A stretch of 63,874 nucleotides of DNA, filler included, from Dugesia japonica (lineage: Eukaryota), in the NCBI GenBank assembly GCA_001938525.1. It is 6 parts of 6 records of this genome, joined end to end, with 100 filler letters (N's around TTAATTAATTAA, not from the genome) between each part and the next. Parts side by side here need not be neighbours in the genome. Positions count along the whole stretch, not along the records: positions 1 to 17,882 come from MQRL01613344.1; positions 17,983 to 27,461 come from MQRL01599447.1; 4 more parts are not named here. One strand, given 5' to 3'. Numbering within the stretch: position 1 is the stretch's first letter; every line of letters starts with the position of its first letter. The notes under the pieces were generated by a model. That model saw only the letters and a list, made by a program, of their open reading frames with translations. It made no database searches and was not told where the DNA came from. Shown here in pieces: positions 14,250 through 27,561 of the stretch. A program made the translations under genes and the position numbers.

Positions 14250-15420
14250 ATATTACAGGTATATAATATTGTATTCACATATATAACATCATCATTTACA
14301 GAATAAAATCAAACACCCTTAATATCAGTTACTTATATTGTTTGTTTTAATTTTTAAAATACGAGCCATAAATTTCTTTGTTGAGTTTAAATACCCAAAA
14401 AATTTGGTGCCGCGAACCGGGAATCAAAATAATAAAATGTATTAAAATCAAGTTAAAAATCAAGCGGGTGTTCAGACCTTTATTAAAATAATACGTGTAT
14501 TATTCAGTTTGGTATCAGATTTTGGATCACAGAAATTCTACAACGATCTTTTACCAAAATTGGGTAATTTGATTATCTTAAGTTCAGTATTAGATTTGGA
14601 GTAAAATCCTGCCGCAATCTCTTACTGAAGTTCTGATAATATAAAATCAGTTCCCTTAAAATAATAAAGTTGAAAGTGATTCAGAGTTTACCAGTTGAAA
14701 CGAAACCGACAAAATTGTTTGATTAGTTTTCCGGTTGAAACGAAACCGAAGAAATTGTTTTAGTGTTCCCGTTGAAACGAAACCGAAGAAATAATTATTA
14801 GTATTACAGTTGAAAGATAATCATTGAAGAAGAGGTAATATATAAATTGCGAAATAGAAATATTTACAAGATGGATGAAAATGAGTTACCATTTGGAAAT
14901 GTACAAATGAATGGTCAAATAGGCGGTGGATTTGGAAACCGCGGGACGTTGAATATATTGCCCATAAAACTTTATACAGGAAAACCTGAAGAATTCGACG
15001 AATATTTTGAACATATGCATGTTTGTGCTACAGCTTGCGGAAGGAAAGAAGCAGAGTTGATAAAACGATTGCCACTTTACTTAAAAGAATATGCATTAAA
15101 GTGTTATAAAAAAATAAATAATAAAACCGACAGGTGGGAAAACTTAATAAAAAATTGAGAAAGGGATAATAGTCCCAAGTGAACTAGAAAGAATCTGTAT
15201 ACAAAAATTCAGGTACAGAATGCAATCATCGAAAGAAACAGTGGGCGAATATATCTATGAACTAACAAAGCTGGCAGAACAGGCATTTGGCAAGGGTGAT
15301 ATTATCGGTCACATAATAGAAAACCAATTTTTAAATGGGACACATAATTACATTCGAGAAGCGTTAATCGCTGCAGAATATAAAGATTTAAAAGAATTAA
15401 CAACAAAAGCAAGGACAAAT
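14250..15420 (+). mobile_element. gag: Ty3/Gypsy 5' end: LTR remnant, PBS, repeat-bearing 5'UTR and truncated gag
   Basis: Gag from 14871: YTGKPEEFDEYFEH...LPLYLKEYA...QSSKETVGEYIYELTKLAEQAF...QFLNG (capsid-like). One frame break; truncated near 15420. Confidence 0.85.
14405..14422 (+). promoter_or_regulatory. Primer-binding site of an LTR retrotransposon (tRNA-Phe-like)
   Basis: TGGTGCCGCGAACCGGGA is complementary to a tRNA 3' end and lies upstream of a gag. tRNA identity is inferred from similarity to the Phe-type PBS TGGTGCCGAAACCCGGGA. Confidence 0.75.
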
Positions 15421-16539
15421 TTGTACTTTTAATATTTTGGGTAACTAATAAAAATTTCGATTTTTTAAGTGAGATTATTATTACAGTGTGGATTTATTTA
15501 TTTCAATACAGGTCATATTACCGTGCTGTTATTAGCCCAAAACTACGATATTTATTTCTTATGTAGGAGATATGACGATTTTAAACCGAGTTAGTCTTAC
15601 TTAGCGTAAAATTTTCTAACGAATATTTACTTTGTTGCTTAATTTTGAGTTATTTCTTTATTTTTTCGAAAAAGATATGAAATCCGGGAGAACTGCTATA
15701 TATCTTCTTTAGTATACATTTTTCACTAGGCGATATTTTAACTTTGTACAGTCCCTTTTTACTCCTGAGTTAAATAACACTAAATTTGAAGCCATACGGA
15801 TTATCTGCGCACACAGAATTGAGCGCTAAAATCTGAAAATTGATATTTTTCGAGACAAAACCTCATTATTTCATTAGGGATTAATTTTAGCGATTTTAGA
15901 TTAACATATTCTTACTCAACGAAAAATTCTCTATCGAATATTTTGAGACGAAATTATTTTCGAAAAAATATGCAAGATATTGGAAAAACCAAAAATCATC
16001 CTCGTAAAATTCTCAGCAGTTTGGTACAAAAATTTTTGAAATCTCAGAATAAAAATTATTTTTCAAATATTTCTGTTGTTCATCAGGATTTTATAGAACA
16101 ATTTTCATTTAAAAAATTTGAAATTCAAATAAATTCCTTTTAAAAAAATCCCATAAAAAATTTTTAATAATTTTCATAATAATTTTCATGAAAGATTTTT
16201 CTATAATATTTTAATTTCAAGTAATTATTTATTAATATCAGCATTCAATATAAATAAGGGAAATCTCCTGTATAAGAGTGTCGAATTTNNNNNNNNNNNN
16301 NNNNNNTTGTTCATTTCTAGAATCGTGTTAAAAGAAGCACCTACATTTCTCACGAAAATTGTTTTTAAATTAAATGAAATTTAAACCAAGTAAAGACAGC
16401 GAAATATTTTTTTGAATCGTGTAAAATCAAATTCGCGTAAAAACAAAGTTAAGTGTATAAGTCTATTCGTAATATTGTTTATTTAAAATTTTGTATAATT
16501 TTAGATAAAGAAGCAATTCTAATATGCTATAAAACACAT

Positions 16540-17790
16540 GCTACTTTAATTGTTACTTTGTCCGCAATTTCAAAATTCGTTTAAAAAGGTATTTGAAGAT
16601 AATTGTTTAACAATTATGTATTGGTTTCATGTCATAAAGAATATTGATAAAAAGTGAACCGGTTTATTCAGGATAAGAAAATAAAATCAGGAATTATATC
16701 TGATATACACGTATTATAAATATGTAAAAGTGAAGATATTTTGATCAGATTGTAATTTTTTATGACCAAATGTTGAGAATCTTCAATATTATTAATTATT
16801 TTCCAAAGGAATGATCACCACAAAACAAACACTAGTATGAATGTTTTAAGCTTATCACTCCAAGTAAAACTATTACATTAAAGAATTTTAATGGTGTAAT
16901 AAAGAATGAGATAAGGAAATGTTTACCCAGTTTTCGATTTATTAGAATGTTGTTTGAATAATTCAATTATGGTCTAATGCAGGNNNNNNNNNNNNNNNNN
17001 NNNNNNNNNNNNNNNNNNNNNNNNNNNNNNNNNNNNNNNNNNNNNNNNNNNNNNNNNNNNNNNNNNNNNNNNNNNNNNNNNNNNNNNNNNNNNNNNNNNA
17101 CAACTAACTAGCTGCAAAATGAAAATTTAACCGTGCTATATTAAATTTTTGAATTATATAGTATAGTACAGTAGCCATAATATCAGTGATGCATAACCTT
17201 TGAACCAAAATTATTCAATGCGTGATCCACGACATTGATTTAAACTAGAAAAAAAATTGTGCACCCCTGGTCTAATGAATATATAATTAATCGAATATAT
17301 TTTAAAGAAAACCATATTGTAACTTTAAATATGTTGACAAAATCGAATCAACATGCAAGAAAAAATAAAGAGTTTAATAAATGTCTTGCCAAATAGACCT
17401 GAATATTACGTTTTTGGTAAAATTAATAAAAATATTCAAAATAATTTGAGTCATGTTTGTTTAATCATTCGATTAATATATGAAATTGTTACTAATATTA
17501 CAAAGCAACAGTTGAAAATATTGAAAATGATATTAGTCTCATTCGATATAGAACGACATAGAACGGCTACATCTAATAATATGANTATTCAATAAAAGTT
17601 ATATTATTGAAGCAATTCATTCAATGTGAAACATCTAACCTATACACAACTTTGGTCGAAACGCTTTGTTATTTTGACTAGGATATTTATCCAATAATAT
17701 TTTGATTGCTATCCATATACTTCGCATGACATGTTAGTGCAGCTTAAGTGGAAAGAGGTTTCTTATGTCTAAAAAGGTTAGACTGGCTTG
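16540..17790 (+). mobile_element. Decayed MULE (Mutator-like) transposase
   Basis: NSFKKVF..IMYWFHVIKNIDKK (CxFH-type motif) and YECFKLITPSKTITLKNFNGVIK (PSTNNxxExFN-type motif). Interrupted by the hAT MITE. Confidence 0.6.
16980..17269. mobile_element. Non-autonomous hAT element (MITE) with 8-bp TSD
   Basis: Ends CAGG...GCACCCCTG, flanked by identical GTCTAATG at 16972-16979 and 17270-17277. Confidence 0.85.
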
Positions 17791-17882
17791 AAAAGTAGAA
17801 TAGGCCAAGATAGATTGTTAGGTTTAGCGTTATAAATACGCATAGGTATATAAATGTGAAAAATTGATTTTGTAATAAATTA

Positions 17883-17982
17883 NNNNNNNNNNNNNNNNNN
17901 NNNNNNNNNNNNNNNNNNNNNNNNNNTTAATTAATTAANNNNNNNNNNNNNNNNNNNNNNNNNNNNNNNNNNNNNNNNNNNN
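17883..17982. other. Artificial scaffold-joining spacer N44-TTAATTAATTAA-N44
   Basis: Identical 100-nt spacer with stop codons in all six frames; occurs five times. Confidence 0.95.
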
Positions 17983-19187
17983 ATAATGAATTGCAAATGT
18001 CAAGTGGATTTGTAGATTGTAAAGATTGAAATACAATGTCACCACTTGCCATTAAACTATTTATTGAACCTGATGATGGTGAAATTTTAAGTATGTCATT
18101 TTTTATTAATGTATGTGAAAATTCAAAATCATTATCTAAATCTATCATTTCTTTCTTAAAGAATTTTTTTAATGGTGTGTGTTTTTTTTATTTTGCGTTA
18201 CTATAAACGTTACATTAAATTACTATAAACCTTACATTACGTTACTGCATACTTTTTTGTTTTTTTCATATCCATTAAAAAATTTTCATAATTAATTGGT
18301 GCTTTCTTTTCAAATCTATCAATAGAAATTTTTTTGACNNNNNNNNNNNNNNNNNNNNNNNNNNNNNNNNNNNNNNNNNNNNNNNNNNNNNNNNNNNNNN
18401 NNNNNNNNNNNNNNNNNNNNNNNNNNNNNNNNNNNNNNNNNNNNNNNNNNNNNNNNNNNNNNNNNNNNNNNNNNNNNNNNNNNNNNNNNNNTTTTGTATT
18501 GAGTTATTTTTAAAATTATAATCATTTAACATTTTATAGAAAACTGTATCCATTTATTTAGAATCATTTTTAGCATATGCTCTATGAATTCCAGTAATTT
18601 GTTTTAAAGCTGGGATGCGTGTATATTTTTCTGTAGAAAGATTGTCTGGATTTAAACCATCAAGTAAAGCATTAAAACGTTTACCAGTTAATTTTTTCTT
18701 CTTTTCAACGGGAGAATAATGAAGTGAAATTATAACATCATCAACTTTTATTGGTTTTGGTTTTTCTTTTAATTTTCTTAAAACTATATTATGTTCATCT
18801 CTTTCTTTTTGGTGATCTTCATGTTGTTTTTCAATAATTTTTAAATATCCATCATTCCTTTCATTTAATAATTCAAGTAATAAACCACGACTTTCGCTTT
18901 CTGTATATTTTGTAACAACAATANNNNNNNNNNNNNNNNNNNNNNNNNNNNNNNNNNNNNNNNNNNNNNNNNNNNNCATACAAATCATGAAGATATTTTA
19001 AATAACCTTCTGCGGTTTCTCTTGTTAAATCACTTTTTAAATATTCTTTTAATTCATCCATATTCAACTCTTCTGTTTCATCAAAAGCTTGTATTGATTT
19101 TATTAATGTAACTAAAGTTAATTCACATGGTACTTTTTCTTGTGGAATAACTTTTTTCTCTGGAACAAATTTTTTCTGAGCACTCAT
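17983..19187 (-). mobile_element. Tightly packed intronless ORF cluster, possibly Polinton/virus-like
   Basis: ORFs 19187-18554 (across a gap), 18553-18275 and downstream frames abut via TAAATG/TAATG junctions. The last ORF (MIDLDNDFEF...ISPSSGSINSLMASGDIVF...PLDICNSL) loosely resembles Polinton major capsid N-termini. Confidence 0.4.
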
Positions 19188-19236
19188 TTTCTAAAAGAAA
19201 AATTTAACAATATCTCTCGCACATGTGCGAAACGAA

Positions 19237-19480
19237 AATTTCACATTTCACATTTTACATTTAATAAGTCACTTCGTGTATTTCACATTTCACATTTCAC
19301 ATTTTACATTTCACATTTTCTGGATTTCTCATTTCACATTTCACATTTTACATTTTACATTTTGCATTTTCTGGATTTCTCATTTCACATTTCACATTTC
19401 ACATTTAACATTTTACATTTTTCATTTTACATTTTATATTTTACATTTTATATTTTACATTTATATTTTAGATTTTATAT
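19237..19480. repeat. Degenerate (CACATTT/TACATTT)n tandem repeat
   Basis: 6-7 bp units, with a higher-order duplication containing TTCTGGATTTCTC. Confidence 0.9.
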
Positions 19481-19538
19481 TTTTTATAAAAAAATTTAAT
19501 GTAGTATACACCGTTGGCTGGAAAAAGTAATTTTACTA

Positions 19539-19569
<31 letters not shown>

Positions 19570-19596
19570 ATTGATATCTATATAAAATATACCGAG

Positions 19597-20400
19597 TAGG
19601 GTTTAACACTATTCAGGTTTTCCGAATATTCGAATATCCGAATAATAAATTTTTACCTATTCGATTAATTCGAATAATTCAACAAAATGCTAAACCATAA
19701 AATTTAAAGAAAAAAAGGAGTTATTTATTGAAATCGTTTATTTATCATTCAATAATTGAGACTGAAACAAACTCTTTAAAAATACAATAGCGTTTACGGA
19801 TTAATCTTTCAATCTTGTTTTCAATTTTGACACCACAATTCCCGATGTTGAAAATACTCGTTCGCTTTCCGTTGATGTTGGTTTCACTGTTAGAAGAGAA
19901 TTATATAATAAATCCATATTTTTTGATCTAATTCCAATGACTTCATAAAGCTGAAATTCTTTGTTAAAAGAATTGAAATCATACCCATAAATTGCTATTA
20001 CACAATTTTTGTTTTTTTGTATTTCTAAATTCAACTCATCGAAAACTAAGTGATGTGGTTTTGGGTTCAGGTTCATCATGAATACATAAAATTTTTGCAT
20101 GTTCTTCATCAGTTCTTCGCTGTGTAGTTTCTTCTTTTGGAAAAAATCGTTTCATTAGCTCTTTGGCCTATGCTAATGTGACGTTTCTTGGCGAATACGG
20201 AAAGCATACATTTTCTTTTGATGAAGAAACATTGTGCAGAAACATCAATAGTGACACAATCAGTTTATGCTTTGTCTGGCTTATACGTTTGAATAAAACC
20301 TCTTTCAAATTTAAACTTAATACACAATTTTCTTCTGTTAATTTATTCATTAAAAAACTTACTATCGTTTCGCAAAATAATAATGTAGCATGTTTTCTGC
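19597..20400 (-). mobile_element. hAT transposon 3' end with hATC dimerisation domain
   Basis: LLTVKPTSTESERVFSTSGIVVSKLKTRLKD; TAGGG terminus at 19597 with subterminal CGAATA repeats. Confidence 0.85.
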
Positions 20401-20639
20401 TTAGTTCTTCATATATATATATATATATATTTAAATGCTATAAATGTCAGAAATATATGTCTAAACATTATAATGTCTAAAAAAAATTTTTTAATACCCC
20501 ATTCAAACTCAATTTTTACCTAAAGCTTTTTTGGGAAGTTTAAGTAGATATTTCAAATGTCTTACTAAATGAATAATTCATTATATATTATCGGAATTTA
20601 AATTTCACAAAATTCTCTTTCTGCAATTTTCTAAGGAAA

Positions 20640-22070
20640 ATACATCAATTAATGAATCTAAATCAATAAAACTTTATTTGCCAACATTACTAGATAGCAA
20701 AGTCAAATTTTTTAATTTTACGTGACTCATCGTTGATCCTAAATTCATTTGTATTAATTTTAGTTTCGAGAAACTTCTTTCTTTAGTGTAATTGGTAGTC
20801 ATTAAACATAGAAACCTCTGAGCGATGTTTCAATATTGGGGAAAGCAATCTCCATACTTTTTCTTTGATTGTTTTGTAAAATACCAAATGATTTGAAAAT
20901 AATCTCCATCTGGATAATTGATTTTGATAAACCCATAAAAATTTAAAATGATTCATCAATATCTCCCTGATATTCACAATATTTTCAACACTCTTTTCCT
21001 GGTCTTCATCTAAAATATCATAATTTACTATGGATCCAAAACTTTTATAAAGTTCAAAATAACAATCAGCATGTTGATTGATTCAATTGAATCGTATTCA
21101 AATTTTCAAAAGAAATTTTGTTTAAAGTTTTCTTTTGCAGTAAGTCTTTTAGTATTTGACTGGAATTCAACTGGAAATCGTTTTTTGATTCTTTGTCTTT
21201 TTGTTGTGTTATCTGTTTTTTGGTAAGAATTTCTTAGAGTTTACCTTTATTATTTCAAACGAATTTTGCCGACTTATACCAAAATCAGAAAGGGATGAAT
21301 ATAAAGAAGCACACGTATCTAGTGTTATTTTTGAATCTTGTAAATTATTTAAGACAGCATTCATTCTCTCCAAAGTTTAATACCAAATAACTGCAAGTAA
21401 TGCAAATTCAAACTCCTTCATTTTATAAACCAGATTTTGTGCGTTTGCTCTTGAAGATCCATCAAAAGTTTCATTTTTAACTATGTTTTCTAGTGCTTCT
21501 AGCAGTTTATAATAATTATCGTGAATCACCTTAACTGAGTGTTCTCGAGCACTCTATCTGATTTTTGATAAAGACTTTATAGTTCCATTGGAATACTTTT
21601 CAAAGATATTCCATCTTTTAGTTGACGAATAGAAATAATTGTGAATTTACTGAACTATCCCAAAAAAATAATTTTTTAATACAATAATCATCTCATGAAC
21701 CTCCAACTAAACTTAAAGAATGTCCGTCACATGGCAAAAAGTGGATTTATTCTATTTCTTCAAAATTTTAGTTTTAATTCCTTTGTACTTCACAACCATA
21801 TTATTAGCATTGTCATATGATTATGATCTGCAATTATTAAAATTCAATTCAATTTGTTTTTGGAGAAGATCTACGGCTGTATTAGCCAAAAATTCACTAG
21901 TATTACTTTCAATTCCCACAGAACTTAAGAAACGTTTAACGGGTGCATATTCAATTGGATCGACGTAACTCACAATAATAAATAATTGATTCTTATTAAA
22001 AATAATGGGGTTGAGTTAATTGATAATCTAAAATATTTGGATTTTTTAATGTCATCTGCGATTACTTTTG
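20640..22070 (-). mobile_element. Decayed hAT transposase, ZMYM1/Tip100-like
   Basis: Fragments FLPCDGHSLSLVG, FFGIVQ*IHNYFYSSTKRWNIF and RANAQNLVYKMKEFEFALLAVIW, with many stops. Confidence 0.8.
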
Positions 22071-24182
22071 TGGTGGAATGGATAAAAAAATTAAATTAAA
22101 ATAAATTAACAATAATAATAAAAAAATAGAAAATAAAATCAAAATAATATATGAAAAAAAAGTGAAAAATGAAAATGAACAGCTATTTATACCCTTTGAA
22201 AATCAATTGATCATTAATCAAGTTTACACGTGTAAACTCAAGAGTCTGTTCATTATCAGCGTTCAGCAAGGAACATGAAGGAAATTTGAGCAATTAATCT
22301 CCATTTGATATGATAAACAAGAAAATCTCCTTTTAGTTTACATTGAGTAAATATTAAGAAAAACATTGAAAAATAAAATAAAATATTTTATATTATAGCA
22401 AAAAGTTAATTAAGTAAAAATATTAATTATATATAAAATATCATGTAATATAAATAACTATGAACATAAATATCTTTATAGATCAATTAAATAGGTATAA
22501 TATCAGATTGAAGTATTGATAAGGGTTAAGCAATAAAAATGTAATAAAATGATAACTTTCTAAAATCAAATAAAAATTAAAAGTAATAATTAATAATGCT
22601 CAAAATTCATTATTAAACATTTCAAACTAGATTTTTATATTACTATGATGTACATTATAATGTAAATTGCTAATTAACAAAGTGCAGTAATATTAATATA
22701 ATTTTTATAAAAACAAATCACTAAACGTTAATAGAATTGGTATCATGACAATGCTGCAAATAAACACAAAAATGGGTCAAAGTAAAACAAAGATGTCAAA
22801 TTTTTAAAGAAACGCAAATCGGAATAATTTTAACAGAACTTCAAATCTTTCTAAAAGAACGAGAAGTCATTCTCATGGATGATTTTGTGGCTATGCAGTA
22901 TAAACGGAATTTGAGCGACCAAACTTTAAAGAAATAATAAAATAATGTATCTCGTTAGTTTAGTAGAGGTTATAGACAAAGGTTATTAAAAATTTTAGTT
23001 ATTAATAAATTTGAGGGGTTCAAACCCGTACCTGAAAGTAGGATTGAAAATTAAGAAATTAGTATGCGACCAATGAGAGATCAGTGTGACCAGCTTATTC
23101 CTATTTGATCTTTGAATTTGTAATTTTTATTTTTGATGACATATTATTTGATAAACCTTTTTATTGGTTAATATGTGAAGAGTAGATTGTACATGCGTAT
23201 GTAATACTATTTAAACAATAGTAAATAATCATAAAATTCGGTTAAAAGTGCTATGACACGATTAACCATGTAGTTGAGAAAAAAATTTATTATTGAGTGA
23301 ATGGATTTTATTTGATTTGAATTATAATTCGCGAGAGTTTAGATAGGATCAGAAGCCTCAGACAAACCTTTATTTGAGCAAAGAGTTGATTTAATATAAA
23401 GTTAGAATAATTTTGTAAATTAACGAGCTTAAGTGTTGGAAACCCAAACACTTTTATAAATATTTTCGCCATTAGAGCCATTTATTACTCACAAACAGAT
23501 TTGGAATTTTAAGATGTTCTTCGCGTGCAACAGTTGCTATATTTTTTAATATTCTCGGATAAAAGAGGATCAAATTTTTTAATCAATTAGAGTCCAATGA
23601 AATTTCCACTACCTTGCACTCCAAATGCTTCATTTGAACCCCTTAAAGCTAAATCTTTTCCAACTTAAGTTCACATCACTGCAACGACTTGCTCCAAGAC
23701 CTTTCGCAAATATTTTCATTCTTTCCTGATTTTTAAAAATTGGCCAAATTCACTTAATTTAATCAAAAAAGGTATTTTCCCCAGGATTTCCCGTGAAAAA
23801 TGACATTAATCATGATATAATCAGTCAATTACCTAATAAAACATAGCATGTCGTAATCGATAGTGTAACTATTGCATCATTGCGATATAATTATGTTATT
23901 TTACAATCATATACTTTTCCCATTATAGAATTACCCATTGCGTGATATACTGGATGTAAAAAAGTGAATCACTATAATGAGCTGTGTAATGTGGGGGTAG
24001 TGCGATTATGCGCTACTGTTTAAAAATTTTAATATCAAAAGCAAAAATTTTCCAAAAATTATTTTAGCTTAAATTTAAAAACTTTAACTCTTGATATAAA
24101 ATATTTTTAATTTTTATTTGTTTGTTTTAATTGTCAATTTCATTGCTTTCACATCCTTTCATATAAAATCAATATTAAAAAA

Positions 24183-24770
24183 ATGGAAGGATATAGCGGT
24201 TTCATCAAAAGAAAGAACTTATCTAAAAAGAACACAAATTATTAAATTTTTTAGAAGAATAAAGTTTTCATTTTGATGATTTCGAAAAAGATTCTAAAAT
24301 GATATTTTTCAGACTAGTTCTTTAAACGAATATATTTAAGTTGGTATAAAACCATTTCACTCAAAGCAACAAACGATAGAATTGATTAGACATATATAAC
24401 GATTGCTCCAATAGAAAGTGCAATGAAGAGAATTAAATCTAGAGATAAAGAAGATATGCCAATAAGTGCTGAACTGATCAGAATTGATGTAAGAAGTAAT
24501 GTTTTTGATGAAATTTTACAAATGACTCATCAAACAAATGAAAACGAGCTCCTAAAATCATTAATATATGACGTTCTTGATAAGGGACGGACGAAAAAGA
24601 GATTGCCATGCTAGATTACTTTAGAGATAAAATTACTATCCAAAACATTATTATTATTTGATAAAGAGATGACATTTTCTGAACCCAAGTTTGCATAATA
24701 ATAAACTTATTGAGTTTGTGAAAAATAAGTTCTCGATAAGCGATGAACTTAATTTGCTTGAATTTAAATA
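24183..24770 (+). pseudogene. Decayed ORF of unknown type
   Basis: Protein-like frame around ORF 24423-24614, extended on both sides by stop-interrupted frames. No recognised motif. Confidence 0.25.
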
Positions 24771-25439
24771 AAATTTAGAAAAACTACAATAAGCATACAA
24801 ACAACAATTGATACATTTTTAAATAAAAAATAATTGTTGTTTTTGAGTTTAGTATTTAAATTTTTTAATTATATTTAGTTAAAAATATTTTTACTCATGA
24901 TGCTTAATTTTTAAGAAAAGTTTAAATATGGACAATACAAATAATAAGAAGAAATAAGATGGCAAAAGGAAGGAAAAAATTATTATAAGTCATTTATTGA
25001 AAAATTGTACTATTTTATTCTTTTCATATTTTTATTCATATAGCTTTCTACTTAAACGGTCAAATGTGATTTATAAAATGGCTATAAAAAAAGATTCTAT
25101 TGAGTTTTTAGGATTTTTGATATTTCAAAAATTTGTTTTCCTTAATCTCTCCAGTCTCTCGATAAAACACAAAACGAACTAATTTAACATCTAGGGGCAT
25201 ACCTAAAAACCACAAGCATTTGCATCACCTCTGTGACATGCCCCTCTCTTTCCTGGGTCCAGCGCGACTTTGCAGTATCGCGTCTTGTTCACATTTGATG
25301 TTAATTTCTGACCGGTTACCATTCGTTCAGCGTTTGATCATTATAAATTATGGATAATAAAACTGGTTATACATAACCTAAGAAATTTGATGAAACTAAC
25401 ACAACATCAAGAATTATTTATTAATGTACAGAATTATGC

Positions 25440-26745
25440 GTCCAAATCCACCGTGGAATGAGCCTCTTGTGGTTCTTTAGGTTTGCTTCAATTAAACAAG
25501 CACAGAGCACGCAAATTATTAAAGACGGTCGCATCTCGACCAGTGTATACTTTTATAATCTCGGTCATTAATCTATTAGCCTGCTGCAGAGCTAATTATT
25601 TTCTCTTTGAGTTGTTGGTATTTCAATGTTTGCTTCACGGACTGCCCCTTTAATCTCAACACATCATTTTTGAGCTCTCTGCGCTCCTCTTTCCATTTCT
25701 TTTGAAGCGTTAATACCTCTTTCACTGCCATTTTTACATCCTGTGATTGATTTACTACATCATTAAAACGAAGGTAAAATTTGCGACTCATTAAAATAAT
25801 AGATGAAATAACAATACTTGATATTTGATTAAGCGATTAAGTTAACGGTCATTATATTTTTCCTATATATTTTAAATATACGCTGCAGATTTAAACTAAT
25901 GCAACGTTCGGCTAAAGAAAGAAAATGCAACCGGGGCTCTTTTTACTATAAGACGACCAACTCATTTAAAAGGAAGATGATGCCAGATTATTCAGCCTCT
26001 GCCATTGCAGTTAGTTTACTCTATATTGTGACCTACATACCACTTTCTGCAGCTCAATGAAAAATCAACTATAAAACAAAAAATGTTTAAACGAAATTTA
26101 TAATTCAGACAATTTGACCACATTTATTTCGTGCATTCTACAGATGAATCTCCGATAGAGCCGCTCAGACCCATCAAATCTTTCATGATTGGTAGCTCCT
26201 CTTCTTTGGCTTGTGACTCAGATATCCCACTCTTAGATGGACTAAGTTTTACGTTTTCTAGGGTCAAAGTATTATCTGAAGTAGTTACTCCCGACTCGTT
26301 ATCTTCGATAATCGCCACCAGTTGATCTCGTTGCGATGTGTAGCTGCAAATTTGCCTCCTTAATCGCGAGCTGCAGATTAGCCATGTGTAGATCTGCTTT
26401 TAAACTGGCAAATTTATTGGCATGTCTCGTCTTCTCTTTGGTCATTATCCCTTGCACTTCTGACCACTCAATGTAAAGTCGGCCTAATTTATCAATGTGC
26501 GGCCAGATGTAAAGGGGCCTTCTGTTCGTTCTCCTGGTTCGATGCATCTAGAAAATTCAATATAATCAACATCAATATCTCCGTTCAAATTAAAATAAAG
26601 AAAAAACATATTTTAAATAAGAAAACATCATTAATTTTGCAACGATTTCTTCAGGCCACGGCCTATCATGGTTTCATTCTCACTTCCACGGTAAGAACTA
26701 GAGAAAATGCCTACTAAAAGCATCCACCATTGTTCTTACCATTTC
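25440..26745 (-). pseudogene. Decayed, probably multi-exon coiled-coil gene of unknown origin
   Basis: Co-oriented GC-richer ORFs 26547-26299, 26318-26124 and 25791-25576 separated by AT-rich intron-like tracts. Heptad-rich, with a frameshift near 26310. Confidence 0.4.
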
Positions 26746-26989
26746 GAGCTCTGGTAGGAATTTTAATATTTAGATGATCCCATAGACAATGTACACAAGT
26801 TAAATTGTATTACTTATTTGTAATTACTTATTTTAAATTTACTAAAAATGAATGGTAAAAGGAAACACTGAAAATACGCATAGCTGTAATAATTTATTGT
26901 AATTGATCTCCCATCTGTTTATACACTCAATTTCACTATACTCTGCATTATTAATTACTCTTTTGACACACATTTTTCTCGTTCGTAAG

Positions 26990-27335
26990 TTTTTCATATC
27001 AATTAACTCAGGTCAATACGTATGATGGGATAATTCTTCCAACGATTTCTTGATCGATTTTGCAACCAAATCACTTAACTATATCTAACAGCCTATTCTA
27101 ATCGTGTTAGTTTAAATGACATATTAAATTACATCAATTATTATTTATAACGATTAGCGTTCACGGTTTCACCAGGTTTTAAATATCCTAGAACACAACA
27201 TTCCACCAGATGCATATCAAAGGTTTCTTTCCATGAATATCGCGCTGCTTGTCCTGAACAAACTCACATTTTTTTACATTTCTGCATATCGAAATAAATA
27301 TTACTTTCGTCGCCTCTAACTATGCTTCCTTTCCA
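26990..27335 (-). mobile_element. mariner transposase remnant
   Basis: IVRGDESNIYFD (TGDEKW motif) and YLKPGETVNANRY. Confidence 0.75.
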
Positions 27336-27461
27336 TTAAAATGTAACTAATTGTTTTCGGTTTTTCCGTAATTATTTCATTCAATTATACTCATTTTTGA
27401 TTCAATTGGATTTCATTTGATTGGATTCGAAATTCATTTGAATGTCAGTTTACTGATTTAA

Positions 27462-27561
27462 NNNNNNNNNNNNNNNNNNNNNNNNNNNNNNNNNNNNNNN
27501 NNNNNTTAATTAATTAANNNNNNNNNNNNNNNNNNNNNNNNNNNNNNNNNNNNNNNNNNNN
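27462..27561. other. Artificial scaffold-joining spacer
   Basis: N44-TTAATTAATTAA(27506-27517)-N44. Confidence 0.95.

Noticed and set aside
14690-14820. CRISPR-like spacing of GTTGAAACGAAACCGA repeats (~37-40 bp period)
   Set aside because: Only three full copies, intervening sequences resemble each other, no cas genes, and it lies between a PBS and gag, so it is a retrotransposon 5'UTR repeat.
17927-17938. TTAATTAATTAA as a biological motif (e.g. piggyBac target sites)
   Set aside because: Always centred between exactly 44 Ns on each side, so it is an assembly linker.
19140-19530. FHISHFT-repeat ORFs
   Set aside because: Stop-free reading of a (CACATTT)n repeat, open in two frames, with no other sign of coding.
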